A stretch of DNA of 64,000 nt from Chrysemys picta bellii. Lineage: Eukaryota. Of the stretch, positions 11,830 to 23,135 are shown piece after piece. The position numbers were made by a program, and so were the translations under genes. Position 1 is the stretch's first letter, and each line of letters begins with the position of its first letter. The DNA is taken from positions 24,738,001 through 24,802,000 of the forward strand of contig NC_088810.1 in assembly GCF_011386835.1 (NCBI RefSeq). Direction: 5' to 3'. The notes under the pieces were generated by a model, which saw nothing but the letters and a program-made list of their open reading frames with translations, searched no databases and was not told the DNA's origin.

Positions 11830-12255
11830 CTCACAGGCCAGCATGCACACGCATGGGCACACACACACGTATGTACAGCACCCCTGCACACACATACATA
11901 TACCCCCCTGCGCACACACACACGTACATGCACCCCTGCGTGCACACATGTACATACACCCGTGCGCGCGCACACACACGGGCACCCCTGCGCACACACA
12001 CACACACACCCCTGCGTGCACACACACACACACACACGTGCACCCCTGTGCGCACACACACACACATGTGCACCCTGTGCACGCACACACACACGCACAT
12101 GCACCCCTGCGCACACATTCACACACGTACATACACCCCTGTGTGCACACGGGCACGGGCACCCCTGCGCGCACGCACACACACACACATGTGCACCCCT
12201 GCGCACACTCGCACGGGCACCCCTGTGCGCACGCACACACGCACACACACACACG
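11830..12255. repeat. CA-rich minisatellite
   Basis: Recurring GCACCCCTGCGCACACACAC. Confidence 0.9.
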
Positions 12256-15200
12256 TGCAGCCCATGCCGGCTCCCCTTTGCACGCCGGCTCCGAAGCGCC
12301 TCTCCCCGGTCGGTGCCCAGCAGTGCCCTCTGCAGGCCAGAACAAGGCAGCGCCGCCCGCAGCTGTCGGCAATGACCGCCCGGTCCTTCCTGCCACGCTG
12401 CCCGGCTGGGCAGAGATGGGATCAGAGGCTCCCTGCCCTCAGGCTGGCCCCACTGCCCTCAGGCGTCTGCATCTCTGCTGTGCTGCCCAGCGCCCCGGAG
12501 GGCTGTGTCCTGGGGGGGCGGAAGGTGAGTGCCCGGCGATGCCCCCGCCTGCCCTGCTCGGGGCCCCTGGGAATGTCCTGGGCTGAGTGGGGACAGGGCA
12601 CCTGCAAAGCGACTTCCCAGCTCCCTCATGCTGGGGCTGAGCTGGGGGTGCCAGCCACCGCCCCAGGGTCTGCGGTGGGGGGCACGGCCAGACGAGGGCT
12701 GAGCTGGGGGTGCCGGCTGCACATGGGTGGTTTGGGGGCTCTGGCTGACAGGCTCGCCCGTGGCAGCAGAGACGGGGATGGGCCCAGCCCCCGTGCCACA
12801 TAGCCACAGCCCCGCACCCCAAAATAGACCAGTGCCTAAAAATAGCACCGCGCAACCCCAACAGGGGAAGGGGGTTGGTATCTGCCAGCCTGCACTGGGG
12901 CGAGGGCGGGGCGCCGGGGGGCTGTGTGGTTTGGTGTCTGGTTCCTAGAACACTAGGGGCTGCGGGCTCAGCAAGACCTGGGGGGGCCAGGGGGGAGAGA
13001 CTCTTTCCTATAAACACGCGCCAATCCAGCCCACGGGGCTTGCAGAGAAGCCGCCCGACTTAGAGAAAACCGGGGGAGGGGGAGAGAGAGCGAGGGAATG
13101 GGGAAGCGAGGGAGGAGGAGTGCGGCCTTGCCAGCTGTGAGCACTTCCCCCTACTACTCGCCGGAGCCAGGGGGTGTTGGGGGGGTGCCCGCCCAGCGCC
13201 CAGGCCTGACTCCCAGCAGCCAGCAATGGGCTTGGCTGGCACCATCTGCAGCGGGGAGGCCAGGGCAAAAGGGGGGCCGGACGCTGTCCCTGGCCTCTTG
13301 CTCTGCAGTGGAATCTCTCCATCCAGTGCTGGGCTCCCACCCCCATGGGCTCTGGCACCTGAACTGGGCTCCCCGGTAGCCCTGGGTGCCGCCCTATGTG
13401 GAAGTGGGAGGCCGTGGGCCAGGTCTGAGCTGATGCAGGGAGCTGGGGGCTCCTGCCCCTCCTGCCGGTTCCTCCTTAGAACCATTTCCCCTGCGGCGTC
13501 TATAAATAGCTGGCGACGCCGGGGCCTGCGGTGGGTTTGATTTCGGCTCTTGGCGGCCTCAGGGGGTTTGTGACACGAAGCACTGGGCGCCTTTCATCCT
13601 CCGAGCTGCCTCTGAAGTGGTCGGGGTGCAGGAAGGCTCGGAAGCTCCCCCCACCCGTCTGACGCCCCCAGGAGCCGGCTGGGACATGGATGTCTCTGCA
13701 CAGCAGGGTCTGCGCCTCTGCATCCCATTTCCCAGGGTGTGGTGCCCCCCACCCGGCCCATGGGGGCCAACGGTGACCAGCCCTCAGCGGGCCTGGGCCA
13801 GGCTTGCCTGGCATTGCCCAGCGCCTGGCACCTTAGGCCCGTGGTGGCCCTGATTCCAGGATCGTTCCAGGGACCAGGGCTGCCAGCCACATCCTGGCCC
13901 CCCAGCCCCCCCCACCTCCCTGGGGTGCAGCTGCACGGCCCCTGAAAGTGAAAGTGGGAGGGACCGTGGGAGGCTGGTTTCGGGCAGGTGGGCGGCTGGG
14001 CCGGCTGCAAGTCAGCACCAAAGAGGGGATTTTCTTTGGATTTCCCCCTCACTCGCCTCATCCGTCCCCACGCGTCCCCAGCTCCTCAGCAGCCCCCTCC
14101 CCTGCTTCCCTGCTCAGGCCAAGGGGGGACAGCAGCCAGGCTGGGCCAGGCAGGCCACTCCCTGGAGGTACCCCAGCTCTCGCCAGGCCCCCGGGTGGCT
14201 CCTGGCTAGCTCCCTCTGCCCCCCTCCCCAGCATGTGGGTTACTGTAAGCAGAGTGCCAGGGCTTTGCGGAGCAAGGGGGAGAGGGAGGGAGGGATGAGC
14301 AGATGGACCAAAGCTCCTCTCGCTCTCTCTGGACAATGCAGAGGATTTGCCCTGGTGGGGGGGGAGGAATGTGGGAGGGGGCGCGGGCAGGGCCAGGCAC
14401 CTCAAGGCCATCGCCCCAGAGGACAGGTTTGCAACCCTCCCCCACCCCACTGGGGACACACCCAAGGGCTGAACCCCCTTGTCGGGTCAGCAGCCAGGTA
14501 TGTGCAGGGTAATTGCCCCAGCAGGAGGGATGACCCGGCCCTGGATCTGTGCCCACTGGAATGGGCTCTGGCGGCAGTGATCCGGCAGCAGGGGAGAGCC
14601 GGAGCTGGATCCCTGCCCCCGGAATGGACTTGCCTCCTGCCAGTGAGCTAATGTCTGTACAGAGCCCCTGTTTGGCTTGGCGGCTGGGCAGTGGGGGCCT
14701 GGCCCAGGGCCATGTCTGAATCAGGCCGCCAGGGAGCCCCTCCTTGGAGCAGCAGGCGGGGGCAGGGGGTGGAGGGCAGGGGCGGGCGGGCGGGTGGGTG
14801 GGGTGAGCTGAGGTGAGCAAGGAGCCAGGAACATTTTGATTCTTTCCCTCCTGGGCACCGGTTGTGGCCAAACAGGTTGTGCCTGTGACCCCACCCGAGT
14901 CACCTGCGCAGGTGGGGGGAGCTGCTGCTCGGGGAGTCTGCCCCACCCTGGCCTGCCTTGCCCTCCTGCCTGCTCTGAGTGTCTCGCTTTACATGAGCCC
15001 CCATCGCCCTGGGGCCTTCCTGCCACTCTCCCAGGTGGGCACAGGGAAGGGAGGCTGGTGAGGCGAGTGTACTCGGGTGGATACCCCTCTCCCATCACCT
15101 CAGAGTCCTCCCTGCCCCCGGAGGAAGCGGGGCCTGGGCTATACCTCCGAGTTCACATCACCACCTCCATGCAGCGAGCTGGGGCTGGGGGACATCACCC

Positions 15201-15440
15201 AAGGCCACCCAGTGACTCTGGCAGACAGGGTTAGAACCCCGGAGTCCTGGCTCCCAGCCCCTCTGTTCCAGCCCCCTAGGCCCCCCTCCCCTCAAAGAGC
15301 CAGGGACAGACCCAGGAGTCCTGGCTCCCAGTCTTGTGTTCTGACCCAAATCCATCTTCTTCTCTCAGTGCCTCAGCCCGCATGCTGGGTTCCCTGTTGG
15401 CTGCGTAGTTATGCCCAGGTGCAGGTGAGACATTTGGACA

Positions 15441-15603
15441 TTGTTTGCCAGGAGCTGGGAATGGGCGACAGGGGATGGATCACTGGATGATTCCCTGCTC
15501 TGTTCATTCCCTCTGGGGCACCTGGCACTGGCCCCTGTCGGAAGACAGGATACTGGCCTAGATGGACCCTTGGTCTGACCCAGTAGGGCTGTTCCCATGT
15601 TCT
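15441..15603 (+). mobile_element. CR1 3'-UTR fragment
   Basis: Closely matches 40470-40629 (GCTGGGAATGGGCGACAGGGGATGGATCACTGGATGATTCCCTG...ATGTTCT). Confidence 0.85.
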
Positions 15604-15789
15604 GACAAGCAGGGCCCAGGGCGTGGGGCTGGGAGTGAGCGAACCGGTTTTCCAGCTGGCTGACACCGATGCTGCCCAGAGAACAGCCAGTCAGGTGGGG
15701 GCGGTGGGGAGGGAAAGCGTCCCCCATTCTGGCTGTGTCAGTGCCTCAGGGCTTTGGCTGGTGCGGTGACAGAGCACGAGGAGCGATTA

Positions 15790-16300
15790 GATGGGTCTAT
15801 GTGGGGATGGCTGGAGGGAGGGGCAGAGGGATCTGTGTGGGGATGGACAGATGGAGGGCGGGACGGACAGAGGGCAGGACAGAGGGATCTGTGTGGGGAT
15901 GGACGGATGGAGGGAGGTACGGACAGAGGGATCTGTGTGGGGATGGATGGACGGAGGGAGGGACGGACAGAGGGATCTGTGTGGGGAGGGACAGACGGAG
16001 GGAGGGACAGAGGGATCTGTGTGGGGAGGGACGGACAGAGGGAGGGACAGAGGGATCTGTGTGGGGATGGACGGACAGAGGGATGGATGGACGGACAGAG
16101 GGAGGGACAGAGGGATCTGTGTGGGGAGGGACAGACAGAGGGATGGATGGACAGACGGAGGGCGGGACAGAGGGATCTGTGTGGGGATGGATGGAGGGAG
16201 GGAGGGAGGGACGGTCAGAGGGATCTGTGTGGGGATGGACGGAGGGAGGGACAGAGGGATCTGTGTGGGGAGGGACGGACGGAGGGAGGGACGGTTGGAC
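15790..16300. repeat. Purine-rich minisatellite
   Basis: Recurring GAGGGATCTGTGTGGGGATGGACGGACAGAGGGAGGGACA. Confidence 0.9.
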
Positions 16301-16348
16301 GGAGGACAGCCAGGGCAGGGCGCCCGGGAACAGCCCTCCCCCCTGCTC

Positions 16349-16453
16349 TAGGGTTGCCAATTTCAGTTCGACGTGTTCCTGGAGGTTCCGTCACGTGACA
16401 TAAGCTTTAAGTCCTGGAGACTCCAGGCCAGTCCTGGAGGGTTGGCAAGCCGC
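16349..16453. mobile_element. ~105-bp MITE-like element (TAGGGTTGCCA...TGGCAACCCTA-type termini)
   Basis: Imperfect TIRs; a homologous copy lies in the opposite orientation at 27699-27802. Confidence 0.6.
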
Positions 16454-16659
16454 GGGAAGCGGCAGCCGCCACAGGCCGGGCCTTTGGGGGTGTCCAGTTC
16501 CGGGGCTCCCCGGCCAGGCCGGCCCCCCCAGTCGAGAGCCGGGCCAGGGACGGGTCATCCTTTCCAGCTGCAGCCTCCTTCCCCAGCGCCGTGACTCACC
16601 TTCCTCCCCGCCCGCCCTCGCCTGGCCCGAGTCCCGCCCTGCGGCCGCCGCCCCTCCCG

Positions 16660-17450
16660 GGCCGGGCCCCCCGCCCGCACTGCGAGCCCCCCCCCCATCC
16701 CGGGCCGGGCCCCCCCTCCCGCGCTGCGAGCCCCCCCCCCATCCCGGGCCGGCCCCCCCGCCCGCACTGCGAGCCCCCCCATCCCGGGCCTGGCCCCCCC
16801 CCCCGCACTGCGAGCCCCCCCCCCATCCCGGGCCGGGACCCCCCGCCCGCACTGCGAGCCCCCCCCCATCCCGGGCCGGGACCCCCCGCCCGCACTGCGA
16901 GCCCCCCCCCATCCCGGGCCGGGACCCCCCGCCCGCACTGCGAGCCCCCCCCCCATCCCGGGCCGGGCCCCCCCGCCCGCACTGCGAGCCCCCCCCCATC
17001 CCGGGCCCCCCCGCCCGCACTGCGAGCCCCCCCATCCCGGGCCGGGCCCCCCCGCCCGCACTGCGAGCCCCCCCCCATCCCGGGCCGGGCCCCCCTGCCC
17101 GCACTGCGACCCCCCCATCCCGGGCCTGGCCCTCCGCCCGCACTGCGAGCCCCCCATCCCGGGCCTGGCCCCCCGCCCGCGCTGCGAGCCCCCCCCCCAT
17201 CCCGGGCCTGGCCCCCCGCCCGCGCTGCGAGCCCCCCCCCCATCCCGGGCCTGGCCCCCCCGCCCGCGCTGCGAGCCCCCCCCCCCCCCCCGGCAGGGCC
17301 CCTCCGCACGCGCTGCGAACCCCCCCCCCCCATCCCGGGCACGGCCCCTCGCCACCGCTGCGACCCCCCCCCCATCCCGGGCACGGCCCCTCGCCACCGC
17401 TGCGAACCCCCCCATCCCGGCCACGGACCCCCGCCCGCTAGCGCTACGAG
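16660..17450. repeat. GC-rich VNTR (~18 units of ~40-44 bp) upstream of the ZBTB7B promoter
   Basis: Unit CCGCCCGCACTGCGAGCCCCCCCCATCCCGGGCCGGGCCCC. Confidence 0.95.
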
Positions 17451-17559
17451 CCCCCCCCAAGGGAGCGGTGCAGCTTTAAGGGACCCATTAGCCAGGGGGG
17501 GGGGACCCTAGCGGCCGCTGCTGCAGACACTGTCATCCCCCCCTCCCCCGCCAGCTCCT

Positions 17560-18031
17560 CCCCCCGCCCCTGAGAGGTGTGTCCTGGGGGGGCCCTGAAG
17601 GGCAGCACCCCCCACCAATGAGAGGCTGGGAACCCACCCCCTGCCCAATGAGCTGGGGAGGGGGCGGGCGCTTCCTGGTAGCAGGTTTAGGAGGGCGAGG
17701 GGGAGATGCTGAGCGGCTGGGGCCAGGTGGAGGGGAGGGGTCGGGAGGGGATCGGGGGGGCCCGGCCGGCGGAGGGGCGCGCAGCGACGGGGGCAGGCAG
17801 GAGGGGAGGGGCCTGGCTGCGGCTAGGCGGGGCTGGGGGGCCGCTGGGGGTAGGACAGGTGGGGGGCGGGGCGGGCCAGGTGAGGTGGGGACCGCGGGGG
17901 GCGGGGCGGGACAGGTGAGTGAGGTGGGGAGAGCGCAGGGGCGGGCAGAACGAGGGGCCCCTGGCGTCCGGCCCCCAGCGGAGCGCACCGACCCCGCCTG
18001 CTGCACCTGAGCCGAGCGGAGACCGGTGAGT
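17560..18031 (+). promoter_or_regulatory. Likely ZBTB7B distal CpG-island promoter and non-coding first exon
   Basis: CpG island ~16.4-18.7 kb; CCAAT at 17615 and 17645; several GGGCGG boxes; strong donors CAG|GTGAGT (17915) and CCG|GTGAGT (18026). The ZBTB7B coding exon has an acceptor 9 nt before its ATG (exon starts 38879), so an upstream exon is required. Confidence 0.55.
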
Positions 18032-21000
18032 CCTGCGCCTGGAGCTGCCTGGAGCCCCCGGGTGGGAATAGCTGGGGGGGTCCGGGTGCCCCGAGCCCCA
18101 TTAGCGTCCCCCTTGGTGCCCTGGCTCCTATCACCCCCCTCCCCCGCCCTAGCTCGGGTCCCTCCCTGGACCCCGCCAGGTGCGTCGTGGTCCCTTCAGT
18201 GGAGCCCCCCCCTCGCAGCCCCCATCACCCCCCGGGGAGGGCTGCCTTGGGCCGGGAGCAGGCCTGGTTGGTGGCTCAGGTCTGGGGTTATAAATAACCC
18301 TCCTTAAGCTGGTAGGTGAGTGGCAGGGATGGTGTGTGTGGCCCGGCCTGGCCCGGCTCGGCCTGGCCGGGGGATCAGAGACACCGGCTCCGTAGATCTG
18401 CGCTGTCTGGGCTGCCTGGGCCCCGGCTAGCCTGGCCGGTGCCCCTCGGGGCTGTTGGCAGCTCCCTGCGGAGCGTCAGCTCAGCCGCCGGCTGGGTAAA
18501 GGGCGGCCCGGGCTCCACCGGGCGCAGCTCCCTTGGCGCGCTGGGGGGCGGGAATGGAAACCCTGAGTGCGCCCGTGGGGAGCGGCAAGTTACGGCGAAT
18601 GTGGACACGTCGCCAGGCCGCTGGCTCTAGCTCTCCTGGAAGCTGCGGGTGGGCAGGGTGCCAGGCGGGAGGGGAGGGGTGGGGTGGATTACTCGTCGCA
18701 TCCCCTGCGCTGGCCGCGTCTGGGTGGGGGAGTCTGACTGCTAATGGGCTAAACTGGCAGGGGTGGGGAGAGGGACCGCGGTTCCTGGCATGGGTTGCTG
18801 TGTCCGGACGGGGCAGCGATGGAGGGGGCTGTCGCCAGGCTAGAAACTGGGTGTGGTGTGAGCTAAGCAGACCCCCCCCCCACACACACACACCCACATG
18901 CTATCTGGGGGGTGGCCTGCTCAGGCGTTGGGGCTCTTCCTGGCCAAGCTCCCCCCACCCCATGGCTGGGGAGGCCCCTGGGAGGACAGTCTGATCCGGC
19001 CCTTTCTGGGTCCTGTTTGCCTCTGCCTGGCTTCCGACCCAACAGTAACAAACCTGGTGAGCGCTCACCCCCTCTCTGTGTCCCGCTGGGCACAGGGCCC
19101 CTTGCCCTCCGGTGTCCTGGCCACTCTGATGGCCAGCGGGTGGCCCAGGGGAGCAGTCTCCCCGGGGGCCAGCAGAGCGGGGAGGAACTGGGTGATGCTG
19201 TCACCTGCAGTAGACTAACGCCTGTGGCACTTGAACTAGGCCCTGCACTGAACCGAAGACCCTCCCCCCGACCATCACTTAGCACATGTGATCTACTTTG
19301 TTTGTGTAGGGCCTACAGTAAATGGGGGGAGGGGGGGTTGTCTGGCTGTCCCTCAGCGAGGGAACGTTCCGTGGAAGTGTCACCTGTCCCTGAGTGGAAG
19401 GAGGCCTCATTGGGAAGGGATCATCCACCCCTCCCCGCCCTCATTAACGCTTATGTATCCCAGGATGACCGTGTGTGTCTGGCATGGGGGTTCTTGGGGC
19501 ATCTGGGTCAGACTCTGCTCCGGGGGCCGCCTGCCGGGAATCTGGTGCCCCATCATTCTCACCTTGCTCTGAGGCTGCTGGACTCTGCCCTGAGTGTGCC
19601 CAGCCCTTGGCAACTGTTCCCACCCGAGCCGGCCGCCCCTGGCCACGGTGTTTACCCAGGGGGTGGGGCGCGTATTTACCCTCCCAACACTGTCTGGGCC
19701 ACAGCGGGATGACGAGCAGCTGCTGTCTCAGGGCTGAAGCTCCCCTTGACCTGCTGGGATCTCCCTTCCCAGGACAGCTCCTGCTGGCACGCGGCTCCTG
19801 TGCTGGGCCGGAGTCCCAGGGGTGTTCTCATGGCTAGTGCCTGGGACTCCTGGGTTCTCGCCTGGCTCTGGGAGGGGAGTGGGGTCTAGTGGGTGGAGCT
19901 GGAAGCCAGGACTCCTGGGTTCTCGCCTGGCTTTGGGAGGGGAATGGGGTCTAGTGGCTAGAGTGCAGGGGGCGGGAGGACTCTCGGGTTCTACTTCTAG
20001 CTTCTGACACTGCGGCTTTGGGCGGCGAGTCCTTTCCTGGCTCTGCCTCGGTTTCCCCCTCCCTAATAGGGAATCGACTCCTGCTGAGAGTGGGGCAGGC
20101 AGGCTGCTGCACTCTGGCGCCTCCGGGTTCTGCCTGCTCGCCATCCAGGGGCGTGCCTATCGGCTGTCCCCGCGTGGGGCCCCCTCCTGGGCCCCTCACT
20201 GGGCTGGCATCCCGTGGGCACAGAGCTGTGGAAAGGGGAGGGGGCCTTGCGGGTCTCTCTGGAGGCCTGGATGGCCGTGTGTGAAGAGGGCGGGGGCACG
20301 GCTGGGGAAGTGTCCGCGGGTTGGAAGGGGAGGCGGTGCTCTGCAGGGCCTTGAAAGGCAGAACAAGGCGCTTGAGCTTGGTGTGGGGGAGAAGGCAGCG
20401 CTAGAGGGCCCTGGGGGTGGGGGGGAGGCTGGGTAGGAGGGCTGGGGGGGAGGTGGGCTGTATCTGCAGAGGGGTGCATCGGCCAAGGCAGGAGGCGCCG
20501 CTGGCTGTGTGGAGGGGCAGGTGTGGGGTGGGTGAGGCGTGAGCGATGGGGGTCAGGCCGGGAGGCAGTGCTGCTTGGCCCCCTGGCTGGTGTGTTCCTG
20601 GGAGTTCGGTGGCACTGGCCTTGCTGTGCTGGCAGTGCCCTGGGGAGGCTCTGAGATCCGGAGGGTATTTGGGGGGGGGGTCTGCCGAGGACGCCCCCAG
20701 CAGCCCGGGGAGTCCCAGCTGCATCACACAGGGGGCTGAGCAATGGGATTTGGAGCCGTTCCCTGCCCAGCGATGTGATGTGAGACCCAGGGAGTGCACC
20801 TGGGCCCCAGCTCCTCCCAACACCCCCTGCATCCATGACCCCTGGCTGGGGGCACCCTCTGCATCATGGGGTGCATGGAGAGCCCCGTGTGCTGGTGCCC
20901 TGGGCGCCCTCCCCAGCTGAGCGGGGTGCAGCAGGAGGTGGTCAGTGGGCCAGAGGGGCCCAGCCTGGTCCGGCCTGGCGGCGCTGGGTCTCAGAGGGGC

Positions 21001-22754
21001 AGGGGCTGCTGCCATGCCCAGCCCAGGAACCTCTCCCCCAGCAGGAGGGGGTGGATGATGAAACCACAGAGAAATCGCTGCTGGTAGCGTGCTGGAGCCC
21101 CGGGAGCCCACACCGTGCCTTGGGGCCTGCCGTAGTAACCTTGGCGTGCTGGGGGAGGGGGGCTCCAGCTTTGGGGGGATGGAGTTCCAGGAGTCGCGTG
21201 TGGGGGCGGGGGCAGAACTGAGTCTGGATGTGATGGGTGACTCCTTCGTGCTCCCCTGTGGGGGGCAGAGTGAGCCCCATTGGGCCAAGGGGACAGCATG
21301 ACATGTCCCTTGCTGCAGCGAGATGGGGCATCCTGGGGGCGGGGCGCCCACACGGGTCTCTGGAGTCAGGTGCTGGGCTCTGAGGTCCTGCAGACGATGG
21401 GTCTCGGCTGGGACTGGGGGATTTCTCCCTGCTGCGGGGGCCCAGGCTTTAAGGTCACTTGTGCTAGGGGGCCAGGCTGAGACCCAGCCAGCAGGAGGTG
21501 CCTGGTGCCCATTCGGGGAGCCCCAGGGAACCGCTCCGTCCACCCCTCTGAGGCTGGTGACCTTCAGCTCCTGTGGGGAGGCGCTGAGCCGCTCATGGTG
21601 TCCCTGCCCTGCCCATGTGCATTCTTGGCACCTTCTGGAGCTGCTGGGCCTTGGAGCCCCACGTCCCCAGGGAGCAGCCGGCGTGACTTGGCCGGGTTCC
21701 CCTGGCGGGTGGGCGGGCGGGGGGGGACCAAGCTGCGGGAGGGAAAATGAAAGCAGGTGATGCGGAAGGAGAAGTAGGTCAGGCGAGCTCTGGCCTCTCC
21801 CGGCAGGCAGGCTCAGGGTGTGCATGCGTTGCTGCTGCCAGCTTGTCCCTGCTGCTCCAGCCCCGGGCCCCGATGGGCAGCGCCTGGCAAGCGTGGTGAG
21901 TACTTCTCTGTGCGCTGCCCCTCTGGGCGGGGTCCTTCTGCCCAGGGCCACCCCCCCTTTCTGGGCACTGTCTCCTCCCAGCCTGCAGCCCAGGCACTGA
22001 TGTCAGGCTGGGCTCATCGGTGGCTCCCCCAGGGCTCCCGGTGAGGGGTGCTAGCTCTGCTCCCCGGCTGGCTGCTCTTGCTCCAATCCTCTCCTACTCC
22101 ATGTTCCCCCGGAGGGTCAGGCGTGGGGGGGGTCTTATCCAGTCTGACCCTGAGCCCCCTTCCGTGTGTCCTGGCTGATCGCCGTGGGGGAGCAGGGCCT
22201 GACCCCAAGCGAGCTCCTGAATCCAGGCACTGCTCTGTGCTCCACCCCCTGGGTGTCCTCCCCCCACCCCCAGCCTGGAGCTGCCCAGGACCCCTCCGCT
22301 CTGTGCACCGCTGGGTGGGAGCAGAGCCTTTGCCCAGGGCAGGGAGTAGCGTGAAGGAAGGTGCCTTGCTGGGCTTCCCCATCTCCAGGTGACCCAGTGT
22401 TGGGGAGACCTGCCCTGGCAGAGCTGGGTGGGAGGGAGCTGGCGAAGGCCCCCGGTGCTGGGAGCCCCTGCTGGCAAGGGGGAGCAGAGCTCGGGGACAT
22501 CCTGCTGCGCAGCACCTGTCCACGCTGTCCTGTGGCCCTGATGCCTCCCTGGTGCCGGCGGGGGGACAGCCGCAGGGGCAGCAGCACTGGCTATAAGCCC
22601 CCCCTCGCCCCCCCGTACTCAGGGTGCTGCAAGGACATTAGAGTCCTCTCCTAATTAGTAATAATTAACCCTGCACAGAGGGGTCGATGGGAAGGAGGTT
22701 TAGCAGAAGCGTGTGGGACTGCAGAGGAAATGAGTCCCCCCCCACCCTGGGCGG

Positions 22755-23135
22755 CAGGGCTCAGCAGGGGGCGCTCTCCCCTGGCAGTGCTGGCCCCAGT
22801 GCAGGGCTAGGGGGCGCTGTGCTGCAGGGAGCGGGTGGGGGCTCAGCAGGGGGCGCTCTCCCCTGGCAGTGCTGGCCCCAGTGCAGGGCTAGGGGGCGCT
22901 GTACTGCAGGGAGCGGGTGGGGGCTCAGCAGGGGGCGCTCTCCCCTGGCAGTGCTGGCCCCAGTGCAGGGCTAGGGGGCGCTGTACTGCAGGGAGCGGGT
23001 GGGGGCTCAGCAGGGGGCGCTCTCCCTGGCAGTGCTGGCCCCAGTGCAGGGCTAGGGGGCGCTGTGCTGCAGGGAGCGGGTGGGGGCTCAGCAGGGGGCG
23101 CTCTCCCTGGCAGTGCTGGCCCCAGTGCAGGGGGC
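22755..23135. repeat. 82-bp tandem repeat (~4.6 copies) carrying CTCF-like motifs
   Basis: TCAGCAGGGGGCGCT at 22761, 22843, 22925, 23007 and 23088. Confidence 0.95.

Noticed and set aside
1-17500. LENEP, which lies upstream of ZBTB7B in human
   Set aside because: I looked for an LENEP-like peptide (…LLCCWCIKELLD) by eye and found none. It may lie outside the window or be too diverged; tBLASTn would settle it.
20401-21951. 516-aa minus-strand ORF in ZBTB7B intron 1
   Set aside because: Low-complexity GC-driven ORF with no domain or codon signal.
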